Below are positions 52,500 to 62,503 of a stretch of DNA of 64,000 nt, piece by piece. The DNA comes from Candidatus Woesearchaeota archaeon. Lineage in GTDB: Archaea > Nanobdellota > Nanobdellia > Pacearchaeales > GW2011-AR1. Location: contig CAZHOH010000002.1 of the NCBI GenBank assembly GCA_964534185.1, positions 10,558 to 74,557 of the forward strand, written 5' to 3'. The translations under genes were made by a program, and so were the position numbers. Numbering within the stretch: position 1 is the first letter of the stretch; every line of letters starts with the position of its first letter. The notes under the pieces are model-generated. The model did no database searches. It saw only the letters and a list, made by a program, of their open reading frames with translations, and was not told where the DNA came from.

Positions 52500-53563
52500 T
52501 CTTGCTCCCCTATGGATACGCCGTACCTCTCCTCGGCCAGTCGCCGGTAGATGGCGGCTATTGCCTTGTAGTCCGGCTTCTTCCTCAGTCTGGTGGTCTT
52601 GGCCGCCTCCTCGATCCTCTCGTTGAGAGAATCGACGTGGACCATCAGGTCATCATACGTCCAGCCACCGTCGCGAATGTGAAGCAACTCGGCCGCGTCC
52701 GGCCTGTACACGTTGACCTGGCAAGACTCGAGGATCTCTAGCGCCATCCTGAGTAGCCTGACCAAGTGCATCGCATGCTTCGAGTCGTAGCCCGCCTTGG
52801 CCTCCAGCTCGCGCCTCTTCGGGTTGCGCTCACGGGCCCACCTCGCGTAGGCCTTCCAGTCACCCGCGGCCTCCTGGTACGCCTTCTCCCTGCGGACGGA
52901 GTCCCTGTACTCGGGCTGCACATACTCGTCTGGTACCGAGAGGATGGCGCCCCGGTACTGCTGCGGCACGGTGGTCTCCTCGGGGAGGCCAAAGGCTTTC
53001 CGAGAGGGCTTTTCCTTCGGAGGGTTGAGCAGATACCGACGGTGGTTCTGGATGCGCCTCAACTGCGCGGTGGCGTAGCCCGCGAATGTAGAGCGCGCCT
53101 TCTGCGACAGGAACAGCCCCCTCGCGTCACGGATGAGCCCCCATTCCTCGGTCTCGTGAAGGATGTTGCGGTCGACGTAGAGGAACTCAATGATGTTGGG
53201 GTTGCACTGCGCCGCCAGTTTTATGAACTTGCGCAGCTCCTGCATCTCCTCGTCCGCACCTGGCCTCCGAACCGTTCCCGCGGACCAGTTCATGTCTCCC
53301 TGGTCGACCTGCAGCGCGTGGCCTAGATGCCCCATCGCGGAGTCCGGCAACCCCGCCTCCACGGCCTCCAGCGCCCCAACGATGTGATCATGCAGGGATC
53401 CCTGCCCGACGAACGACGTGTGGAATAGGTCGAATGCGAGGCTAAGGGGAGCCATGAAGACGCCCCTGATGTCCTCGTCGGACTCGGGGGTGCTGGTTCC
53501 GTAGGCGCGGCTCCCGGATATGAAGCGGAATATGCAGTTGCGCGCGGCTTGCTCGTAGTTCAT
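52496..53563 (-). CDS. Pol-beta superfamily nucleotidyltransferase (RlaP-like, RNA-repair-associated family)
   Basis: ISGSRAYGTSTPESDEDIRGVF (GS...DxD NTase motif) plus a ~250-aa helical extension. The family assignment is from memory of the PF10127-type pattern. Confidence 0.65.
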   Translation of the reverse strand: MNYEQAARNCIFRFISGSRAYGTSTPESDEDIRGVFMAPLSLAFDLFHTSFVGQGSLHDHIVGALEAVEAGLPDSAMGHLGHALQVDQGDMNWSAGTVRRPGADEEMQELRKFIKLAAQCNPNIIEFLYVDRNILHETEEWGLIRDARGLFLSQKARSTFAGYATAQLRRIQNHRRYLLNPPKEKPSRKAFGLPEETTVPQQYRGAILSVPDEYVQPEYRDSVRREKAYQEAAGDWKAYARWARERNPKRRELEAKAGYDSKHAMHLVRLLRMALEILESCQVNVYRPDAAELLHIRDGGWTYDDLMVHVDSLNERIEEAAKTTRLRKKPDYKAIAAIYRRLAEERYGVSIGEQE

Positions 53564-53621
53564 CACGGATCCTCGCTAGATCGCCTAAAGGAAGGATATC
53601 CGCACGCGGCGTCCGTTGCAA

Positions 53622-53963
53622 CTACTTGCTCTTCCTGCCAAAGCCCCTGACCTGGGGAAGGCCCCCCACCCCCGGGAGACCGGGGATGCCGGGCTGCGGG
53701 GCAACCCTGCCCCGCAGCACCTTAGGGTCCGAGGACGGCTGCTCCTCACGGGGAGTCCTTGACGCTGCGGCGAGCTTGTCGATTTTCTCGCAGACCTTGC
53801 CCTTCATCGACTCGACGTCGACGCCCGTGTCCACGTCGCAGATCGCGGCGGGGACGAGGGTGACGGTGCGGTTCCGGGTCTCGAGCCGCACCGGCTGCTT
53901 GCCTTCCTGAAGCAGGCTCTCCTCCGGCACGGCGGCCATGAAAACGACGATCTTATAGGACAT
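53622..53963 (-). CDS. hypothetical protein (113 aa), Pro/Gly-rich tail
   Basis: Only the last 113 codons of ORF 53622..54599 are used. ATG 53963 follows GGAAGGAAG. Confidence 0.45.
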   Translation of the reverse strand: MSYKIVVFMAAVPEESLLQEGKQPVRLETRNRTVTLVPAAICDVDTGVDVESMKGKVCEKIDKLAAASRTPREEQPSSDPKVLRGRVAPQPGIPGLPGVGGLPQVRGFGRKSK

Positions 53964-53992
53964 GCCTGTCTTCCTTCCTGCGAGCAGTCTAC

Positions 53993-55354
53993 CTACTCGC
54001 GCTTGAAATCGAGGTTGATCTTGTAGTTCCACGTCTTGCCGTGCTCCGGGTGCACCCCGAAAACGGACTGGGTTGGCCGCGACGCCTTGCGGAGCTGGTG
54101 CATCGAGTAGATGTCTCCCCCCACGAAACTGCCGTTGACCATGATCTCGCCGCGCGTCGTCTGCAGGTCGCTGAAGGAGTGAAAGTGCCCGAGGCAAAGG
54201 TAGTCGAAGGGCTTTCGCGTCGCTCCCGACACCAGGTTCTGCAGGCTCAGCTCCTCCTTGTAGATGGAGTTGATGTTCTGGGAGATGTAGTCGCCGTGAA
54301 CAAGCAGGAACTCCCAGTCGTTGATGGTCTTCGTTTGCCACCATGCCTGTGAATAGTTGACGTTGATGTTCGGCCTGTTCTGCAGGAGGGCCTGCAGTAA
54401 CTTGTACGATATGAGGTCCCAGTTGGCCGACACCTTGTCGGAGCTCTTCGAGACCCCCGCGCGCCCATGGTTGCCAAGAACTCCGTCGAACTCGACCCGC
54501 TCGAAGTAGGCGCTCCAGGCGTCCAGCATCTCGGAGACCACCTGCGCGGCCATGATGGCCTGCTGAGTGATGTCTAGCGTCGTGTAGGCCGGCCCCCACT
54601 CCCCCGCGAGGTTGGCCCCCTGGACAAAGTCGCCCAGGCCCATAACGTGCAGCACGGGCACCTGCCTGACCTCGCTGTGCAGGGACAGTATCTCGAGCAC
54701 GGCGCTGCGAAGGTTGCTGGCCCTCTCCTTGAACACCTCGACGTCGTAGCCGCCGAGGCCACCCGTGTCCTGCGGGGAGAACTCCTGTCCCACGTGCAGG
54801 TCGGACAGCATGAGCACCATGTGCTCGTCGGAATGCTTCTTATTTTTCGCCCTGTTGAGCGTCAGCTTTGGCAGGGCCTGGCGGGGCAGCGGGGTGGCGC
54901 TCCGCTCGATCGCCTCCTGGAGTTCGCGCAGGAAGGCCTTGTTGCTGACTTCCTTTCTCCGCACCTTGACGACATTCTTCGCGGCCTCCCTGTCCCGGAC
55001 CGACTCGGCCTCCAGGTGCAGGACGTCGTCGTAGGTCATGTCGCACAACTCGGCCAGCACCTCGGCGAACCTATCCCAGTCGACGCTATTGACCTTCCTC
55101 GTGATCGTGGAGCGCTCGTAGCCGAGGGCGTCGGCCATCGCGGCATGGGACAGCTTGGAATTACTGGACACCAGCTCGTATAGGGCGACCATCTTTGGGG
55201 CGTCCCACGCGGCTGTCACGCCGGGCAGGCACGAGAACCGCAGCGGATCCTCCCCGTGCTTCTCCATGAACGCACTGACGGCGTCCACCCTCCGAGTTGA
55301 CTTTCTCTTCGCCAGCCTCTTCCGAATGGCGTCGGCACGATCCTTCCTGTTCAT
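53993..55354 (-). CDS. calcineurin-like metallophosphoesterase with N-terminal HTH-like region
   Basis: LSDLHVG, GLGDFVQG, GNHG, VHGD, GHFH. Start reset to ATG 55354 (TAATG overlap). Confidence 0.8.
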   Translation of the reverse strand: MNRKDRADAIRKRLAKRKSTRRVDAVSAFMEKHGEDPLRFSCLPGVTAAWDAPKMVALYELVSSNSKLSHAAMADALGYERSTITRKVNSVDWDRFAEVLAELCDMTYDDVLHLEAESVRDREAAKNVVKVRRKEVSNKAFLRELQEAIERSATPLPRQALPKLTLNRAKNKKHSDEHMVLMLSDLHVGQEFSPQDTGGLGGYDVEVFKERASNLRSAVLEILSLHSEVRQVPVLHVMGLGDFVQGANLAGEWGPAYTTLDITQQAIMAAQVVSEMLDAWSAYFERVEFDGVLGNHGRAGVSKSSDKVSANWDLISYKLLQALLQNRPNINVNYSQAWWQTKTINDWEFLLVHGDYISQNINSIYKEELSLQNLVSGATRKPFDYLCLGHFHSFSDLQTTRGEIMVNGSFVGGDIYSMHQLRKASRPTQSVFGVHPEHGKTWNYKINLDFKRE

Positions 55355-56526
55355 TAAGATCTCCCTGGCAGGACTGATACGGGTAAAACGTCGCTCGCCC
55401 GGAACCATAAGTCTCGCCGAGCCTCGTCAAGGGGCAGGCTCTCGTCCAAGCCTCCCACTTTTTCCAGCACTGTTCTCCTCGCGACGAAACTATCGGGCGC
55501 GCCAGCGGCGAATATGTGGCCGGGGCCCTCCAGTGCCTTTAGTTGGGCCGCCAGCCGACGCGGTTCCTGCCTGTCGGCCAGCCAGACGTACTTGGTACGG
55601 GTCATCAAGAGGCCCAGGTTGAAGGCTCCCGTGTTGGATGCCCCCGGGGGTGGGACTACGGCCCTGACTCCCTCTGGCGCCGGCCCGTCGGATACGAGTG
55701 TGACCTCGAAGTCATGAAGGCCGCTTCCGCTCAGTTCCCTTGTGACCTTGGACAAGTCGTTCATACTGCCTATTATTACGATTCCCAATGTTGGGACCCG
55801 AAATTTGTCCACGTATTGGGAGGACAAGGAAAATTCCCCGGCCTCCCCCATCTTCCTGAGGCGCGCCTCCACGACGTCCCTTAGCATGCAGGCCATGGAG
55901 TACGAGAACGGGCTGCCGCTTCCGCGCGAGGGCCCGCCTCCCCTATGGATGACGTTTGTCACGGCGTCGGCTTTGCCCGGCGCTCCGCACGCGATGTACA
56001 TGCGCCCCCAGAAGTCCCAGTCCTCCATTTTTTGCAGGCTTTCGTCCCATCCCCCTACGAGCTCGAACGCCTTTCTCGTGTGGATGAACGATGAGACGGG
56101 CGCGATGTTCTGCGACAGGAGCGCGTCGGGGTCGTAATAGCGCTTCGGCCCGGGGTTGTTTGGCTCGGGGTCGGTGGTCTCGAAGCCGTCGGCATAGCGG
56201 AACAACGCCCGGGAGAAGGAGAACTCGTGGCTCCCTATGGCGCGGAGTTGTTCTCCCACGTAGTTCGGCAGCAGCTCGTCGTCGTCGTCGAGATAGCAGA
56301 TGTAGTCCGCGGAAGACATCTTGACGCCGAAGTTGCGGGCGTAGGCAGGGCCCCTTCCCCCGGGGGTGGACAGGAGCCTGGTTCCAGGAACAGGATTCGG
56401 GGCACGGGGACCGTCGTTGACGACAATAATATCCATCACCTTGACTGTTTGGTTCAATGCGGATTTGACAGCACGCCCAAGCAAATCCGGCCTGCTGTAT
56501 GTCGGGATTATAATGGCTATATTCAT
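55354..56526 (-). CDS. family-2 glycosyltransferase (tandem GT-A halves)
   Basis: IIIPTYSRPDLLGRAVKSALNQT and YLDDDDELLP. Start reset to ATG 56526. Confidence 0.85.
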   Translation of the reverse strand: MNIAIIIPTYSRPDLLGRAVKSALNQTVKVMDIIVVNDGPRAPNPVPGTRLLSTPGGRGPAYARNFGVKMSSADYICYLDDDDELLPNYVGEQLRAIGSHEFSFSRALFRYADGFETTDPEPNNPGPKRYYDPDALLSQNIAPVSSFIHTRKAFELVGGWDESLQKMEDWDFWGRMYIACGAPGKADAVTNVIHRGGGPSRGSGSPFSYSMACMLRDVVEARLRKMGEAGEFSLSSQYVDKFRVPTLGIVIIGSMNDLSKVTRELSGSGLHDFEVTLVSDGPAPEGVRAVVPPPGASNTGAFNLGLLMTRTKYVWLADRQEPRRLAAQLKALEGPGHIFAAGAPDSFVARRTVLEKVGGLDESLPLDEARRDLWFRASDVLPVSVLPGRS

Positions 56527-57113
56527 TGTTTCCGAAAAGCCCGAAGAGCTTCTGTCCCTTCGAGACTTTCTTGAAGAACATTTATTCTGTCTGAGACTTC
56601 TGGCGATACCCACCAGTCCTCAAACGGGTACCCATCGTTTCGGATGTCAGGCGCCGCCAAAACGTAACCACGCGCAAGAAAGATGCCGCGGGACGCGCCA
56701 CGAAGATCATCCCCGAGCCTGTAAGAATCGTGCTCGAATGTTACGACGGAGAATTTATAGTCATCGAGTACGTCCGCCTCGATCTTCTTCAACGTAGACA
56801 ACGAAGCGTCGTCTACATCAAGACTCAGGTAGTCTATCTGCGCGGGAAAGGATAGCCTACGAAAAAGCGACCCATAGTCTATGGATGTAGAGTCCCGCAT
56901 AACTGCCTCGGAGCGCGGACGTTTCTTCTCGTACGAGGCTCTTCTGCTCGCGTCCATGTCTACAAGGCATCCGCGCCAGCCATACCGGGTCTCCAGCGCG
57001 TATGTATTACTGATCTGAATGGGGTCTCCCGCTCCGATATCAACAAACGTTCCTTCCCTTTTGGCGTTGAGGCAAAAGACTACGAATTCGTCCTGTAACG
57101 CTTGACTTTGCAT
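56523..57113 (-). CDS. FkbM-family SAM-dependent methyltransferase
   Basis: GTFVDIGAGDP. Confidence 0.7.
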   Translation of the reverse strand: MQSQALQDEFVVFCLNAKREGTFVDIGAGDPIQISNTYALETRYGWRGCLVDMDASRRASYEKKRPRSEAVMRDSTSIDYGSLFRRLSFPAQIDYLSLDVDDASLSTLKKIEADVLDDYKFSVVTFEHDSYRLGDDLRGASRGIFLARGYVLAAPDIRNDGYPFEDWWVSPEVSDRINVLQESLEGTEALRAFRKQ

Positions 57114-58186
57114 TAGAAACCCAATACTTTGTTGGATACGACCTGGCTAACGTTATCGACCGCGTATTCCGGGGGTATCAACCACTTGGAATCATTGTCC
57201 CTTATAATACGAACGCAGCGCATGATGTCCTCTGGTAGGACACCGGATAAAATGTTACTGCCACACTCGATGGTTTCCGGGCGCTCTGTGGAATCGCGAA
57301 TCGTAATATTGGGGATGCCCATGATGCAGCACTCTTCCTGAACGGTACCGCTGTCAGTTAGAACGAAGCAAGCCTGCTGCTCGAGTTTTACGAAGTCAAA
57401 TAGCCCGAACGGCTGCAAGAAGTGTATTTTGTTGTCTACGAGGTCCTTGTCCATCTCCTCCAAGCGATTTCTAGTTCGGGGATGAACACTGCATACGACA
57501 GGGAGTTCGTAATCCCTTCGGATGCTTCCAAGGGAGTCCAGCAGATGTCTCAATCGAAGTTTGTCGTCGACATTCTCCTGACGGTGCATAGTAACCAAGC
57601 AATAGGATTCATAAAGTCCTAGGTCATCAAGAATGCGTGACTCTGAGATTTTGTTTGCGTAGTATCGAAGTACCTCGGCGATGGGATTTCCCGTTACGAA
57701 TATCCGATTACCTTCTATACCTTCGCGCAGGAGGTTACTTCTGCTTCTTTCTGTATAAGGCATCAGCACATCGCTCGAATGGTCTATGATACGTCTGTTT
57801 ACTTCTTCGGGCACGCGGTCATCGAAGCACCTATTGCCAGCTTCCATGTGGTAGACCGGGATGCCGAGCCTCTTGGCAACAATAGCCGACAATGCGCTGT
57901 TGGTATCCCCCAGCAAGAGGACGCGATCGGGGAGCTCCTCCTCCATTACCTCTTCGGACAAGGCAAGGATGCGGCCAATTTGTGCACCGAAAGTAGACTC
58001 TCGTATTCCAAGGAGACGATCCGGAGTACGAACCCCCAGCTCATCAAAAAATACGTCATTCAGTTTGGCGTCATAGTTCTGACCCGTATGAACTAGGACA
58101 TGATCACACAACGCGTCTAACTTGGGGATTATCCGGCTCAACCTGATTATCTCAGGCCTGGTTCCGAGTAGTGTTAGAACCTTCAT
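57113..58186 (-). CDS. wecB: UDP-N-acetylglucosamine 2-epimerase (non-hydrolysing)
   Basis: LLGTRPEIIRL, HTGQNYD, GDTNSAL, HMEAGNR, VTGNP, TDSGTVQEE. Confidence 0.9.
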   Translation of the reverse strand: MKVLTLLGTRPEIIRLSRIIPKLDALCDHVLVHTGQNYDAKLNDVFFDELGVRTPDRLLGIRESTFGAQIGRILALSEEVMEEELPDRVLLLGDTNSALSAIVAKRLGIPVYHMEAGNRCFDDRVPEEVNRRIIDHSSDVLMPYTERSRSNLLREGIEGNRIFVTGNPIAEVLRYYANKISESRILDDLGLYESYCLVTMHRQENVDDKLRLRHLLDSLGSIRRDYELPVVCSVHPRTRNRLEEMDKDLVDNKIHFLQPFGLFDFVKLEQQACFVLTDSGTVQEECCIMGIPNITIRDSTERPETIECGSNILSGVLPEDIMRCVRIIRDNDSKWLIPPEYAVDNVSQVVSNKVLGF

Positions 58187-59097
58187 CGGTTTCCTCCGTA
58201 AATCTTCCCCCTAGTTTTGATGCCAGGAAAATCTACCCATTCATCCCCAAAATGCGCATAATCTTTTTCCGTCGTAATTCGAATCTCATGAACACACCCT
58301 GATTTCTTCAACTTTATGAATGATAACTTCTTATAACTCTTGCGATCCAAAACCCAGATGCCACCATCAGAATGATTCCTCGCAGCACGGCTCCCATCCC
58401 ATACTGACTGGCCCATGAGAATGAGATCTCGCGAAATAGCCAACCCACGAGTAAGGACTCTTTTCTCGGCTTGACAAAGAATTTCCCCTGACGAAGCCTC
58501 AATCAATTGTCCCCTGTTGGTAGCGCATACTAGGGTCTGGCCTTGCACGCGGCATACATTATGCGCCCACAAAGAAGCCTCCATCGAGATGTATTTCTCA
58601 ATGACTTTTGTAGTTAAATCTACTATGAATATCTTGGAAGGGCGCTCCCAATTATGCGCACATACGTACAGTTTACCCCCCTTGACATAGACAGAGTTGA
58701 AATGGTTTCCGGTACCTTTTGGGCCTAGTCGATCCCATTTCTTATCATTGATCCAGAAGTTCTCATATTCTAGAGTTTGCGTATCAAGGATACCTATGGC
58801 ATTCCGCCCCGTATTAGTACATATTACTTTGCCATTATTGCAAACAATCTGGTGGGGCTGAGAAAGAAACGCGGCGGACGTTCTTCGAGCTACGGATACT
58901 GTTCCCTTTATTGAGTTTCTATATGATTCTTCCGTTCCGAGAGAAGCATTGTCTATGTTGCTATGCGAGAAGCACAGCCCCTCTCTTGTCCAAGAAATGC
59001 CATAGTATTCAGTACGACCGCTCTCGACTACTTCGTAGCGTCCCGTCTCAATATCAACCCAGAGGATATTCTTCGGACATGCAACCAATACTTCCAC
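58183..59097 (-). CDS. hypothetical beta-propeller-like protein
   Basis: 304-aa beta-rich ORF inside the sugar cluster. Confidence 0.55.
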   Translation of the reverse strand: MEVLVACPKNILWVDIETGRYEVVESGRTEYYGISWTREGLCFSHSNIDNASLGTEESYRNSIKGTVSVARRTSAAFLSQPHQIVCNNGKVICTNTGRNAIGILDTQTLEYENFWINDKKWDRLGPKGTGNHFNSVYVKGGKLYVCAHNWERPSKIFIVDLTTKVIEKYISMEASLWAHNVCRVQGQTLVCATNRGQLIEASSGEILCQAEKRVLTRGLAISRDLILMGQSVWDGSRAARNHSDGGIWVLDRKSYKKLSFIKLKKSGCVHEIRITTEKDYAHFGDEWVDFPGIKTRGKIYGGNR

Positions 59098-59106
59098 TTT
59101 CTTCTC

Positions 59107-59796
59107 CTATGACAACGTCTTGATGTAGGCCTCAGCGAACCTTCTGCCCAGCATCCCCATCCCTTGGAAAGTATGGTGAAGTGCGTCATCCTTGAGAGGA
59201 ATGTCATCCGTATTCAAACAGATTACTCTGTCCAGAACAGACGCTGCCTTATCTTGAGCGTCCCTTACATTGGGCCGAAACGGGAATCTCCCAACAGGAG
59301 GATTAACGCGACCCAAGAACAATGGTACGTCTGAGATATCCTTCCTCAACCGGGATACCAAGAGACGAAAGTTGTCCAAGTAAGTCATGGCTGCTGGCTT
59401 ATACTTGCAGTCTCTTTCTCCTTGCATCCAGAAAATGGCTCGTACACCATCCCCCTTCCGGTAAATACGACCAAACTCGCTGACGAGTTTTTGGTACATC
59501 GGGCCATCGGAAACGTTTTGGGTAATCGCAGCTCTTTTCTCGGTCCACTCGGGTGCCCATGCCAAGAGAGAAGTACCGTTCGCGGCGCACTTGAGTATCT
59601 TGACAGGTTCCTTTACCCGTTTTCGTATGTGTGACGCAAATTCATACTCAGGGCCCGCAAAAGGAAGTTCACAAAAACCTTTTTTTTTGCCGTCCCAGTA
59701 AACTTCGACGCCATCTATTGAGTTGGACACCGTCCGGCTAGAAGAGCACGTACCTACCATGTTGGACTGTCCGGCAAGAATAAAAATATGAGCCAT
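59107..59796 (-). CDS. carbohydrate esterase, sialate O-acetylesterase-like (GQSNM motif)
   Basis: IFILAGQSNMVG at the N-terminus. Confidence 0.7.
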   Translation of the reverse strand: MAHIFILAGQSNMVGTCSSSRTVSNSIDGVEVYWDGKKKGFCELPFAGPEYEFASHIRKRVKEPVKILKCAANGTSLLAWAPEWTEKRAAITQNVSDGPMYQKLVSEFGRIYRKGDGVRAIFWMQGERDCKYKPAAMTYLDNFRLLVSRLRKDISDVPLFLGRVNPPVGRFPFRPNVRDAQDKAASVLDRVICLNTDDIPLKDDALHHTFQGMGMLGRRFAEAYIKTLS

Positions 59797-59799
59797 CGA

Positions 59800-60651
59800 C
59801 TATCTCCTGTTTGTCATGATATTGGAAGGAAGTTCATCTGTAGGCACAAAACCTAAATCAGCGAGTTCCTTGGTTTCTTTCGTCGCGACGGCAAACCAAA
59901 ATGGCTCTTTTAGCCATGGTCTAGGCTCGCCTTCTGCAATGCCAATCTCATAGCCCGCCTCCTGGAGCGCCCTCAGGCCTTTCATGCGATACTCGAACAT
60001 GCAATGGGACGATGACTTCATCGCCAAACAGAATATAGCCCCTTTGGCTATGACCATACTAGCACCCTGAATCGCATCCGTCTCCGCTCCATTGATCGTC
60101 AAGTTGACAAAATCAAATTCATATTTCTTGTACAAAGCATCAAGCGTTGTTGTCTCTACAGAAATTTTCGTACCGATTGCAAACTGGTCAACGAGGCTGC
60201 TACCGTTTCTAAGATTCTCGGTAACATTGAAGATTTTCTCTCCAATGTTGCTCCATACAGCCGCTTCTACGACTTCCATGTTTTCTATCGAGTAGTCACG
60301 AATGTACTTCCTGACTACAACTACGTTTACGGGGTCTGGCTCTACTACAACTACATGACCAGTATGGCCAACAACCGCAGAAAATGCCATCGGCTGCGAC
60401 ATGCCTGCCTTGATTAAGCCCATCCAGGCCCCGCAACATACGACAGTATTACCTGGCACTACAAACTGATAGGGATGGAGCCGGGACAACCAGGAAGTAG
60501 ATGATAGATAGTCCGCCCTATAGGATCCCGGCTCGCCACTCGACCTTAGTATTCTGGCCCTATTTTGAGGAGAAGGAGGAGGTCTCCCTCCCTCCCACAT
60601 CTTCAAGTACGATCGCTGTACCCTTGTTTTTCTCTGAACATGGAATCCCAT
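59800..60651 (-). CDS. FkbM-like methyltransferase
   Basis: GNTVVCCGAWMG ... NLTINGAE pattern. Start uncertain. Confidence 0.55.
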   Translation of the reverse strand: MGFHVQRKTRVQRSYLKMWEGGRPPPSPQNRARILRSSGEPGSYRADYLSSTSWLSRLHPYQFVVPGNTVVCCGAWMGLIKAGMSQPMAFSAVVGHTGHVVVVEPDPVNVVVVRKYIRDYSIENMEVVEAAVWSNIGEKIFNVTENLRNGSSLVDQFAIGTKISVETTTLDALYKKYEFDFVNLTINGAETDAIQGASMVIAKGAIFCLAMKSSSHCMFEYRMKGLRALQEAGYEIGIAEGEPRPWLKEPFWFAVATKETKELADLGFVPTDELPSNIMTNRR

Positions 60652-61401
60652 CTATAGAGTTCCTTTATAGCGACCAAGCCACTCGAACTGTTGAATATAC
60701 CCATTTATTGTTTCCAGCATCCCGGGTTCCCACTTATTGTCATACCGGGTACAATTAGGTTTATTGAATACTACGGCAGTACACTTTTTTACATAGTCAT
60801 CATGGGTTTCAAGCCCGAGGTACTGCAGTATGTTCTGGATCTCTCTCTCCGGGGCAACAATTAAGTCCTCCAAATAGACGTCCAAAACGTCGTACTCAGA
60901 CTTGATACTACTTACCGTTTGGCTCGCCATCCGAAAAAGGTCACGCGCTGATGCTGCGCCAATCAATTTGGACCATGTTGCCAACGTATCGTATGGATTT
61001 CTGATTACATGTATCAACCGCAGGTCAAAACCCGTTTTTCGGGAGAACCGCCCCAAGAAGCCAGGATGCGCGTTGATGAATTCTGTAGAACTGAATCCCC
61101 TCTTGTCCCCTAGGAGAACCGGATTAGGCGATACTATACCTTGATATAGGCCAGGTATCTGGTAACTGTAACCCAAAACGGGTTTACCCTCTGCTGATAT
61201 CTTTTGGCCCTTCTTTCCAGCCCTCGCATGTGTTACAGAGTTTTCCTTTATGGCCCGTACCATTTCATCCCTACCCACGGTCGAATAAAGAGAAATCGCA
61301 TTGAGTTCATGGGATACTACGGCATCCTTGTGGGCGTCTATAATTGCCCCAACAAGGCTATGGCCCGTACGGGGGTTACCTATAAAGATCAGGAACTTCA
61401 T
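60652..61401 (-). CDS. sulfotransferase-family protein
   Basis: FIGNPRTGHSLVG (PAPS-binding loop-like). Confidence 0.7.
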   Translation of the reverse strand: MKFLIFIGNPRTGHSLVGAIIDAHKDAVVSHELNAISLYSTVGRDEMVRAIKENSVTHARAGKKGQKISAEGKPVLGYSYQIPGLYQGIVSPNPVLLGDKRGFSSTEFINAHPGFLGRFSRKTGFDLRLIHVIRNPYDTLATWSKLIGAASARDLFRMASQTVSSIKSEYDVLDVYLEDLIVAPEREIQNILQYLGLETHDDYVKKCTAVVFNKPNCTRYDNKWEPGMLETINGYIQQFEWLGRYKGTL

Positions 61402-61402
61402 A

Positions 61403-62503
61403 TTATGCTCCTTTCAACGTCTTGACGTAGCTGCGTATCTTATCACATATGAACCAAATATCTTTCGTTGGCAATTCGGGGTAGCTGGGGAACATAACAA
61501 CCTCGCGAGATAGCAGGTGAGCAATCGATTCATCCGACGGTGCCAAATGCCTTAGGTACGGATGTTTGGATATGGGGACGAACATGGGCCTCGTATCAAT
61601 GGAAAACTGAGTGAAATAGTCTTTGGCTCTTTCGTAAGACGGGTTGCCGACGAATTTGGCAGCGAATATCCAGTTGGCATGAGAGGTTCCCGGTTCAACC
61701 TCTTGCACCTGAATACCCTCCTCTGAATCAAGCCCCTCCTTATAGGCGTCGAATACCCTCGCCTTCTCTTCCTTTATCTGGTTCATGCTTTCCAGTTGCC
61801 CTAATAGAATCGCCGCTTGAACGTTCGTCATCCTGTAATTGGATCCCAAAATCTCATGGTGGTATAACTTGCTACCTTGGCCCTGTCCTCGAACCTTGCG
61901 AGCAAAATCAGCGACATCCTTGTCATTGGTAATAAAAGCCCCACCCTCGCCACTTGTTATGCTCTTGTTAGCGAAAAAACTCATGGCAGAACAAAAAGAG
62001 GCGCTCCCGGCCGGATAACCTTCGTAGTTGCCAAAAAACGCTTCACAGGCGTCCTCAACAAAAACCAGTTTTGGAAAGTTCTTCTTTAGCCTTGGAACGT
62101 TCATGACATTCCCGACGTTATGCACGATTAGTATGGCATCGGCGTCTGCATCGGGCGGTAGATCGGCGTTCCATGTCCTCGGGTCTACGCCCATGACGCA
62201 CATGTCATAGTGTTCGCGAACAAAGGAATTCCATGCCGCAACAAAGACGCTATTCGGAACAAGAATTCTTTTGGCTCCCTTAAAATGGCGCAAGCAACGG
62301 GCTACAAGATTCATAGCCATCGTTCCACTGGAAGTCAAAAGGACATACTCTGCCCCCAAAATCTCAGACAGTTTCTTTTCGACGACAGGCGCATACTTGC
62401 CTCGCCACGAAATCCACCCCGATTGGATGGCCTCCGTAGCGTACTGGCGGCTCAGGGCCGGGACAAAGGGCCTATATACTGGAAACACGATGATTCCAAT
62501 CAA
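61403..62503 (-). CDS. DegT/DnrJ/EryC1/StrS-family sugar aminotransferase
   Basis: LLTSSGTMAMNL, HNVGNV, SFFANKSITSGEGGAF (PLP lysine). Confidence 0.88.
   Translation of the reverse strand: MIGIIVFPVYRPFVPALSRQYATEAIQSGWISWRGKYAPVVEKKLSEILGAEYVLLTSSGTMAMNLVARCLRHFKGAKRILVPNSVFVAAWNSFVREHYDMCVMGVDPRTWNADLPPDADADAILIVHNVGNVMNVPRLKKNFPKLVFVEDACEAFFGNYEGYPAGSASFCSAMSFFANKSITSGEGGAFITNDKDVADFARKVRGQGQGSKLYHHEILGSNYRMTNVQAAILLGQLESMNQIKEEKARVFDAYKEGLDSEEGIQVQEVEPGTSHANWIFAAKFVGNPSYERAKDYFTQFSIDTRPMFVPISKHPYLRHLAPSDESIAHLLSREVVMFPSYPELPTKDIWFICDKIRSYVKTLKGA

Noticed and set aside
53622-54599. 325-aa minus-strand ORF
   Set aside because: The upstream two-thirds is an alternative frame of the metallophosphoesterase gene (clear GNHG/GHFH motifs in the other frame). 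Only the last 113 codons, with their own RBS, are kept.
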